Below, piece after piece: positions 22,612-29,153 of a DNA stretch of 32,000 nt (position 1 is its first letter; each line of letters opens with the position of its first letter). The DNA is taken from contig JBQTHL010000056.1 of NCBI GenBank assembly GCA_052389915.1, positions 15,481 through 47,480 of the forward strand. The letters are read 5' to 3'. Both the position numbers and the translations under genes were made by a program. The notes beneath the pieces are model-generated. The model ran no database searches. It had not been told where the DNA came from and saw only the letters and a program-made list of their open reading frames with translations. The DNA comes from Panacagrimonas sp. (GTDB lineage Bacteria; Pseudomonadota; Gammaproteobacteria; Nevskiales; Nevskiaceae).

Positions 22612-25110
22612 ATGTTTTGGAGTAGGTCTGCATGTCGCTGGTCAATCATTCCTGCGTTGCTGCTCGCAGGGCCGGCCGCGAACGCCGTCGAGTACGACTT
22701 CTCGGCAGGAGGCTTTGATTTTTCGTCAGTGTTGAACAATACCCTCACGCTTGGCGCTGCGTGGAGAATCGAGGGTCGATCAAATGATCTGGTCGGCAAG
22801 TCCAACCTCGATCCCGGGGTTTGTTCCGGTCCCTACCAGTCCTGCCAGGGCCTGCACCGCCTGCAGAACTTTCCCGCCCAACGGCTGGCGTCTGCGCCGG
22901 GTATGGCCTCCATCAACTTCGACGACGGCAATCTCAACTACAACAAGGGCGACATCATCCAGGCGCCGCTCAAGCTCTCGCAAGACCTTACCGTCAGCTT
23001 CGGAGACTACGGCATCTTTGTTCGAGGACTTGGCATTTTCGACCAGGCGAACTACTTCGACTTCCGCAATTTCTACCCCAACCAGATCACCGCCGAGAAC
23101 GTTGGCAGCGTGGGTATTGTCGGCAGCCCGACGTCCAACCGGTACCTGCCGCGGGTGTACGGTCCTGGGGCTCCGGTTCGCAGTGACCGGGCGGAAGACG
23201 AGGCGCAAGAAATCGGGCTCAGATACGACCTGCTCGATGCCAATTTCTACGGGAGTCTGCCTTTTGTCGGCGAACGCGAACTGACCTTTCGGCTCGGCCG
23301 GCAGACAGTGAATTGGGGCCAGAGCACGGTCGCGGTCGTCAACAGCGTCAACCAGGCGCAGCCGGTGAACGCGAACAGCCTTTACCGGCTCGGTTTCGGT
23401 CTGCTGGAGGAGCTCTTCGTCCCGGTGGGCATGGCGCGCTTCAGCACAGAACTGGTGAACGACGTCGGCGTCGAGATCTACTACCAGTACGAATGGGACC
23501 CGGTCGAGATTCCGACGCCTGGCAGCTACATGTCCTTCGTCGACATCGGTACCGACAATCTGCGCGGTACGGTCAACGCGGCGTTCGGTGGCGCGGCGGA
23601 CGACCCCGATCACGTCGGTGCGCCGCTGGACAACCCGCTCACCCTGATCACGCCAACCACCTTGACCCTGGATCGGCGCGGCGACAACGAGGCCCGCGAC
23701 CAGGGCCAGTACGGCATCGGCCTGAAGTATTACGCCGAGGAACTCAATAACGGCACCGAGTTCGCGGCTTACTTCATGAACTACCATTCGAAGCTGCCGT
23801 ACGTGAGTTTCTATTCCACCGATCCCAGTTGCGCCCGTCGCGAGGGCAGTTCCCGGGGCATCGACGCCACGAACACTCTCGAATTCCTGGCCGGGTGTCC
23901 AAACCTACCGGTCACCGCGCCGTCGGCGTCATCGCAACTGGCTCTCGATCTGGTCACTCTGGCGGCACAGAGGCCGGGCGCGCTCGCTGATCTGGGCGCC
24001 GGGACATTGGACCTGGGAGCCATTCTGGGCGGCGTGGGCGGACTATTGCTGCCGCAGCCTGGTCAGCAAATCAGTGACGCCGTGCCGCTGGACACGGCCC
24101 AGATCCAGCTCGAATACCCCGAAGACCTGAAGATGTTCGGGTTCAGCTTCACCACCACCGCTGGCGAGCTGTCCCTGCAGGGCGAGCTGTCCTACCGACC
24201 GAAACTTCCGCTGCAGGTTGCCCTGATCGATCTGGCCTTTGCCTCCTTCGGTCCCACTCTGACCCGCTGCCACGACCGGAACCTGGGTTGCCTGGGCGCC
24301 TCTGCGGGACTCGGGTTCAACGAGGCGGGGAGCTACGTGGTCTACGACGGCAACAACTTCACCGACGCCAGCGGCAACAACCCCTACCCTGATGCAATCA
24401 ATCTGGTCGTGGGCGCGGCGCCGGGTTCGGCGCGTTCCTTTCCCAACTTCATCGTGCCCTACCGCGGCGGTGTGGTAGGCGAGAATCCGCCGAACAGCTA
24501 CATCCGCGGCTGGATTCCTGGAAAGGTGGCGCAGTACAACTTCGGAGCGACGCAGGTGCTCGGCCCGAACGAGAACTGGATTGCTGCGGACCAGGTGATC
24601 CTGCTCTACGAACTGGCGGCAACCCATGTGCTCAACATGCCGGATTTCGACAAGCTGCAGATCGAAGGCCCGCTGACGGCGACCACGCACGCCAGCGCCG
24701 GCGCCGATGGCAGTGGTGCGGATGGATCGCGCCTAGCCTGTTCGACCAATCCCTCGTGCTCGGTGGGTCCGGACGGACTGCGCTTCAACCCTTACCAGGC
24801 ACCGCGTAGTGCATTCGCCGATGCATTTTCCTGGGGCTATCGCATCGTTGGGCGCATCGCCTACGAGTCGGTGTTCCCTTCGATCAGCATCCAGCCGTTG
24901 TTCATCTGGTCACAGGACATCGGTGGCAACTCGCCGGGACCGGCCGGCAATTTCGTGGAAGGCCGCAAGACCCTGAACTTCCTGCTGGAAACGCGCTACG
25001 GGAAGTCCTACTCGTTCACTATCGCCTACAACAGTTTCTTCGGCGGCGGTAAGGACAACCTTTACGAGGATCGCGACAACCTCGGCTTTTATGTCAAGTA
25101 CCAGTTCTGA
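22612..25110 (+). CDS. DUF1302-family outer-membrane beta-barrel protein
   Basis: ORF 22594..25110 trimmed to ATG 22612, with GGAGAG at 22601-22606. The signal peptide ends ...LLLAGPAANA. LTLGAAWRIEGRSNDLVG and INFDDGNLNYNKGDIIQAPLKLSQDL are typical DUF1302 N-terminal blocks. The C-terminus ...LGFYVKYQF ends in an aromatic residue, as OMP signatures do. Confidence 0.8.
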   Translation: MFWSRSACRWSIIPALLLAGPAANAVEYDFSAGGFDFSSVLNNTLTLGAAWRIEGRSNDLVGKSNLDPGVCSGPYQSCQGLHRLQNFPAQRLASAPGMASINFDDGNLNYNKGDIIQAPLKLSQDLTVSFGDYGIFVRGLGIFDQANYFDFRNFYPNQITAENVGSVGIVGSPTSNRYLPRVYGPGAPVRSDRAEDEAQEIGLRYDLLDANFYGSLPFVGERELTFRLGRQTVNWGQSTVAVVNSVNQAQPVNANSLYRLGFGLLEELFVPVGMARFSTELVNDVGVEIYYQYEWDPVEIPTPGSYMSFVDIGTDNLRGTVNAAFGGAADDPDHVGAPLDNPLTLITPTTLTLDRRGDNEARDQGQYGIGLKYYAEELNNGTEFAAYFMNYHSKLPYVSFYSTDPSCARREGSSRGIDATNTLEFLAGCPNLPVTAPSASSQLALDLVTLAAQRPGALADLGAGTLDLGAILGGVGGLLLPQPGQQISDAVPLDTAQIQLEYPEDLKMFGFSFTTTAGELSLQGELSYRPKLPLQVALIDLAFASFGPTLTRCHDRNLGCLGASAGLGFNEAGSYVVYDGNNFTDASGNNPYPDAINLVVGAAPGSARSFPNFIVPYRGGVVGENPPNSYIRGWIPGKVAQYNFGATQVLGPNENWIAADQVILLYELAATHVLNMPDFDKLQIEGPLTATTHASAGADGSGADGSRLACSTNPSCSVGPDGLRFNPYQAPRSAFADAFSWGYRIVGRIAYESVFPSISIQPLFIWSQDIGGNSPGPAGNFVEGRKTLNFLLETRYGKSYSFTIAYNSFFGGGKDNLYEDRDNLGFYVKYQF

Positions 25111-25123
25111 GGTGCGGACGCGG

Positions 25124-25144
25124 GCAGTGGTCAGTTTCCACTGC
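25124..25144 (+). terminator. Weak hairpin after the DUF1302 gene (GCAGTGG-TCAGTTT-CCACTGC)
   Basis: A 7-bp stem 14 nt after the stop. There is no U-tract, so terminator function is uncertain. Confidence 0.25.
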
Positions 25145-25160
25145 GCGGAAGCGCGAGCGA

Positions 25161-25190
25161 TGGAAAGGCAAATCGCAATGTGCGTATACT
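25161..25190 (+). promoter_or_regulatory. Putative promoter of the TonB2-type operon (TGGAAA - 18 nt - TATACT), overlapped by the shared 12-mer and an inverted repeat
   Basis: The hexamers were read by eye (4/6 and 5/6 to consensus). GCAATGTGCGTA (25175-25186) overlaps the spacer and the -10. AATGTGC (25177-25183) and GCACATT (25197-25203) form a 7-bp inverted repeat with a 13-nt spacer. Confidence 0.3.
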
Positions 25191-25309
25191 CACTCTGCAC
25201 ATTTAAAAGAGACTTCGAGCCGGCCTGAGAGGGATCCGTGCATTGAAGTTTCGATCAGTGCGGTGGCTTGCCACCGCGCGTTTGTCGGCGGGGAGGAGTC
25301 CCCTGGAAC

Positions 25310-26092
25310 ATGATCGTATTCCCAAAGTGGAAGGCTGTCGCCGCGCGGATGCTCGGCCTGTCGCTGGCGGTTGCCGTGCCCTGCGCGCCGGCTCAGGACG
25401 CTGCCGGCAAGGCGCTGGACGCGGTGGTCGATGGCAACCGCGCCGCGAGAACGTCCCAGCAGAGGGTCGATAGCCTCGACGATCAGACCAAGTCCATGCT
25501 CGAGCGCTATCGCGCCGCGAGCTGGCAGGCGCAGCAACTCACGGTCTATGCCAAGCAGCTCGGCGAACTGGTGTCCGCGCAGGAGGGCGAACGCAGCTCG
25601 ATCGAGCGTCAGATCACCGAGATGGAGCGCACCGAGCGCGAGCTGCTGCCGCTGATGCTGCGCATGGTCGAGGGGCTGGAGAAATTCATCGCGCTGGACC
25701 TGCCGTTTCTGGCGACCGAGCGCCGCGAGCGGCTGGACACGCTGAAGAAGCTCATGTCCGATCCTGAGGCGAACAACGCCGAGAAGTTCAAGCGCCTTCT
25801 GGAAGCCTGGCAGATCGAATCGGAGTACGGACGTTCGATCGGCACCGAGCGCGCCGAGGTCGAGGGCCGCACCGTCGATGTGCTGCGTCTGGGGCGCACG
25901 GCGCTGTACTACCTGTCGGCCGATGGCAAGCAGGCGGGAACCTGGAACAGCAGCAGCGGCGCCTGGGAGGCACTCCCGCATCAGCACGTCGCTCAGGTGC
26001 GGCATGGCCTGCGCATGGCGCGGGAAACGGCCGCGCCGGATCTGCTGAGGTTGCCTGTCGCTGCCGCCGCTGCGGCCGGAGCCGCGCCATGA
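25310..26092 (+). CDS. DUF3450-family periplasmic coiled-coil protein (TtpB-like TonB2-system component)
   Basis: ORF 25268..26092 trimmed to ATG 25310, with GGGAGGAG at 25291-25298. It has a signal peptide and a long coiled coil. The blocks ELLPLMLRMVEGLEKFIALDLPFL and EKFKRLLEAWQIESEYGRSIG are typical of DUF3450. ATGA overlap with the next gene. Confidence 0.8.
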   Translation: MIVFPKWKAVAARMLGLSLAVAVPCAPAQDAAGKALDAVVDGNRAARTSQQRVDSLDDQTKSMLERYRAASWQAQQLTVYAKQLGELVSAQEGERSSIERQITEMERTERELLPLMLRMVEGLEKFIALDLPFLATERRERLDTLKKLMSDPEANNAEKFKRLLEAWQIESEYGRSIGTERAEVEGRTVDVLRLGRTALYYLSADGKQAGTWNSSSGAWEALPHQHVAQVRHGLRMARETAAPDLLRLPVAAAAAAGAAP

Positions 26093-27477
26093 GGCGTGAC
26101 TGCGCATTCTGGCGCGGGCTCATCGCGGCGGCGTTGATGCTCGGCACCGGCACCGGCGCCTTGCACGCGCAGGCGCCTTCGCCCTCGCAGAAAGGCATGG
26201 ACGAACTGCTCAAGCAGATCCGCCAGGGGACGCAGGAGGCCGCCAAGCTCAACGCAGAACGCGAGCAGCGTTTCCTGCGCAACAAGAACGAGCAGGCCGC
26301 TTTGCTGGCCAAGGCCGAGGCGGATCGCGCTGCCGCCGGCGCGCGGGCCGATCAGGCAAAAGCGCAATTCGCGGCCGGCCAGGCCCAGATCGCCGAACTC
26401 AAGAAGCGCCTGACCGAGCGCCTGGGCGACAGCGGGCAGATGTATGCGGCGATCGCGCAGTCCGCCGGCGAGTTCCGCAGCCAGATCGCCGGCTCGCTGG
26501 TTTCGGCGCAATACCCGGATCGCGCCGAGTTTCTGGATCGCATCGCACAGGCGGGCGAGGTGCCGGGCGTGGCCGACCTGGAGCAGCTCTGGTTCCTGTA
26601 CGCACAAGAGGCCGCCGAGAGCGGGCGGGTGGTGCGCTTTCAGGCCGAGGTGCTCGATGCCTTGGGAGAAAAATCGAAGACCGAGGTGATCCGGGTGGGC
26701 CAGTTCACGGCGCTGACCGAAGAGGGCTATTTGACCCTGCAAGCCGGGACCGCAGCGCTCGCACTGCTGCCGCGCCAGCCCGACGGCAATTCGGGACTCG
26801 TCGAGGATTTCAGCGCGGCGGGCGAGGGCTTGCACACGGTGCTGATCGACCCCTCGCGCGGCGACCTGCTGCGCAAGATCGCCGAGCGGCCCACCACGAT
26901 GGAGCGCATCCATCAGGGTGGCGAGGTGGGCTACGTCATCATCGCCATCGGTGTGATCGGCGCGGTGCTCGCGGCCTACCAGTTCGGGTACCTGCTGCTG
27001 GTGGGTGTGAGGGTGCAGCGGCAGTTGCGGGACGTGGCGCAGCCGCGCGAGGACAATCCGCTGGGTCGCGTGCTCGCCAGCCTGAAGATCGACGCCACGC
27101 AGGATCCGGAAGTGCTGGAGACGCGCCTGTCCGAGGCGGTGCTGCGCGAGACGCCCAAGCTGGAGCGATTCCAGTCGCTGCTGCGCATGATCGTCGCTGC
27201 GGGTCCGCTGCTGGGCCTGCTCGGCACGGTGATCGGCATGATCATCACCTTCCAGGTCATCACCGAGGTCGGTGCGGGCGATCCCAAGCTGATGGCCGGT
27301 GGCATCTCGCAGGCCATGATCGCGACGGTGCTCGGCCTGATCATCGCTATCCCCTTGCTGTTCGTGAACAGCTTCCTGATGACCCGTTCGCGCAGCATCA
27401 CGCAGGTTCTCGACGAGCAGGCCGCCGGGCTGCTGGCGCAGCGCCTGGAAGCGGCAGGCGGGCGCCAGCATGCTTGA
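26089..27477 (+). CDS. Long MotA/TolQ/ExbB-family proton-channel protein with large N-terminal periplasmic coiled-coil domain (TtpC-like)
   Basis: 462 aa. The C-terminal channel block is AAGPLLGLLGTVIGMIITFQ...GGISQAMIATVLGLIIAIPLLF. The N-terminal ~270 aa are extra-membranous and coiled-coil-rich. Confidence 0.85.
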   Translation: MRRDCAFWRGLIAAALMLGTGTGALHAQAPSPSQKGMDELLKQIRQGTQEAAKLNAEREQRFLRNKNEQAALLAKAEADRAAAGARADQAKAQFAAGQAQIAELKKRLTERLGDSGQMYAAIAQSAGEFRSQIAGSLVSAQYPDRAEFLDRIAQAGEVPGVADLEQLWFLYAQEAAESGRVVRFQAEVLDALGEKSKTEVIRVGQFTALTEEGYLTLQAGTAALALLPRQPDGNSGLVEDFSAAGEGLHTVLIDPSRGDLLRKIAERPTTMERIHQGGEVGYVIIAIGVIGAVLAAYQFGYLLLVGVRVQRQLRDVAQPREDNPLGRVLASLKIDATQDPEVLETRLSEAVLRETPKLERFQSLLRMIVAAGPLLGLLGTVIGMIITFQVITEVGAGDPKLMAGGISQAMIATVLGLIIAIPLLFVNSFLMTRSRSITQVLDEQAAGLLAQRLEAAGGRQHA

Positions 27478-28009
27478 GCTGATCGTCCAGTCGTTCACGG
27501 AGCAGTACGACACGCTCGGCGAGTTCCTCGATGCGGGCGGCTGGGTGACGCGCTGGATCCTCGCGGCCTGTGCCGTCCTGCTCACCGTCGTGTTCGAGCG
27601 CCTCTGGTATCTGTGGCGCATCTATCCGCGCGTGCGTGCCGCGACCCTAGCCGGGTGGAACGCGCGCAGCGAGCGCCACTCCTGGGTCGCGCACCGCATC
27701 CGCACGGCGCTGATCAGCCAGTTGCGCATGGGCCTGGAATCCGGCCTGCCCATCATCAAAGTGATGGTGCCGATGGCGCCGCTGCTCGGCCTGCTCGGCA
27801 CCGTGATGGGCATGCTGCAGGTGTTCGACGCGATGGCCTTCAGCAAGGGCGGCGACACGCGCGCGATGGCCGACGGCATCTCGCACGCGATGATCGCGAC
27901 CATGGCCGGGCTGGTGGTGAGCGTGATTGGGCTGTTCTTCAGCAACCTGTTCGCCTCGCGGGTGCGGGTTGAGTCGGAACGGCTGAATGATTTGATTGCG
28001 CCGGGCTGA
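27470..28009 (+). CDS. exbB: MotA/TolQ/ExbB proton-channel protein
   Basis: 179 aa. Contains MAPLLGLLGTVMGMLQVF...DGISHAMIATMAGLVVSVIGLFF. It overlaps the upstream gene by 8 nt. Confidence 0.9.
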   Translation: MLELIVQSFTEQYDTLGEFLDAGGWVTRWILAACAVLLTVVFERLWYLWRIYPRVRAATLAGWNARSERHSWVAHRIRTALISQLRMGLESGLPIIKVMVPMAPLLGLLGTVMGMLQVFDAMAFSKGGDTRAMADGISHAMIATMAGLVVSVIGLFFSNLFASRVRVESERLNDLIAPG

Positions 28010-28016
28010 TGCGCAC

Positions 28017-28421
28017 ATGAAATTCCGCCGCCACAACCCGCCTCCCGAAGACACCGGCATCGACCTCGCGCCGATGCTCGACTTCGTGATGAACCTTCTG
28101 ATCTTCTTCATCATCGCTGCGGCCTTCGTGCAGGAGTCCGGCATCCGCGTGAACAAGCCGGCCGCGAAGACCGCGCAGCAGGAGGACAAGACCAGCATCT
28201 TCGTCGCCATCTCGGCGACCAATGAGATCTGGATCAATCGCGAGCGCGTCGACATCCGCCGCCTGCGCACCGAAATCGAACGCGTGCGCCGCGACAAGCC
28301 CAAGGCCGTGGTCGTGATCCAGGCCGACCAGGACGCGCGTGCGGGGCTGATGGTGGAAGCGATGGATCAGGCGCGGCTGGCCGGCGTGCCGGACGTGTCG
28401 ATCGCGGCGACACCGAAATAG
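28017..28421 (+). CDS. exbD: ExbD/TolR biopolymer transport protein
   Basis: ORF 27996..28421 trimmed to ATG 28017. Contains IDLAPMLDFVMNLLIFFII (TM helix with the conserved Asp), then ...VVIQADQDARAGLMVEAMDQARLAG. Confidence 0.9.
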   Translation: MKFRRHNPPPEDTGIDLAPMLDFVMNLLIFFIIAAAFVQESGIRVNKPAAKTAQQEDKTSIFVAISATNEIWINRERVDIRRLRTEIERVRRDKPKAVVVIQADQDARAGLMVEAMDQARLAGVPDVSIAATPK

Positions 28422-28424
28422 CGC

Positions 28425-29153
28425 ATGAACGCCCTGGCACAGAACCGCGGACCGCGCTGGCTGGTGCTGCCGGTGCTGGGCCTGCTCGCGACGGTGCTGC
28501 TGTTCCTGGTGCTGGGCTGGATCATCCGGGGGGATGAAGGCGAGGGGCTTGGCCCCGAGCGACTGCTCGACCCGGTGGACATCGTGCGCAACGAACCGCC
28601 GCCGGTGGAGCCGCCGAATCCGCTGGAAGCCCTGGACAACTCGCCGCCGCCGCCGCCCGCCGCCCCGCCGCCGATGGGCCGCCCCGATCTGCCGGCGCTG
28701 GACGTGCCGAGCCTGGCCCTGGACCCCAGCGCGATCGGCAACATCGTGGTGCCGGTGGCGCTGGGCGAGACCGGGCGTGCGCTGGGCAAGGTCGGCAGCT
28801 TTGGCGGCTTCGGCAGTGGACGCGGGGGGGCGGGCACGGGCAGCGGGCTGGGCGGCACCGGCAAGGGCGGCTGGAAGGGCAAGCCGCTGGTGCCGCTCTC
28901 GACCGCGCGGCCGCAGATGCCGGACTGGGCCTGCAAACAGAAGCTCAGTGGCTGGGTGGAAGCAATTTTCACCGTGATGCCGAACGGCCGGGTGCAGGAC
29001 GTGAAGATCGTCGAGGCCGATCCGCGCGGCGTGTTCGAGGCCGCGGCGGTGGAGAGCATTTCGCAATGGATTTACGAGCCCACCGGCAAGGCCGCCGAGG
29101 TCAAGCAGCGCGTGCCGATGAATCATGAAGACTGTGCGTACAACTGGCGCTAG
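28425..29153 (+). CDS. tonB: TonB-family energy transducer
   Basis: 242 aa. It has an N-terminal anchor helix, a Pro-rich spacer (EPPPVEPPNP...SPPPPPAAPPP) and a Gly-rich segment. The C-terminal TonB domain reads SGWVEAIFTVMPNGRVQDVKIVEADPRGVFEAAAVESISQWIYEP. Confidence 0.88.
   Translation: MNALAQNRGPRWLVLPVLGLLATVLLFLVLGWIIRGDEGEGLGPERLLDPVDIVRNEPPPVEPPNPLEALDNSPPPPPAAPPPMGRPDLPALDVPSLALDPSAIGNIVVPVALGETGRALGKVGSFGGFGSGRGGAGTGSGLGGTGKGGWKGKPLVPLSTARPQMPDWACKQKLSGWVEAIFTVMPNGRVQDVKIVEADPRGVFEAAAVESISQWIYEPTGKAAEVKQRVPMNHEDCAYNWR

Noticed and set aside
28620-28870. GC-rich simple-sequence tracts (CCG repeats and GGC-rich runs) as a repeat element.
   Set aside because: They simply encode the Pro-rich spacer and a Gly-rich linker of TonB. 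This is a compositional feature of the protein, not an independent repeat.
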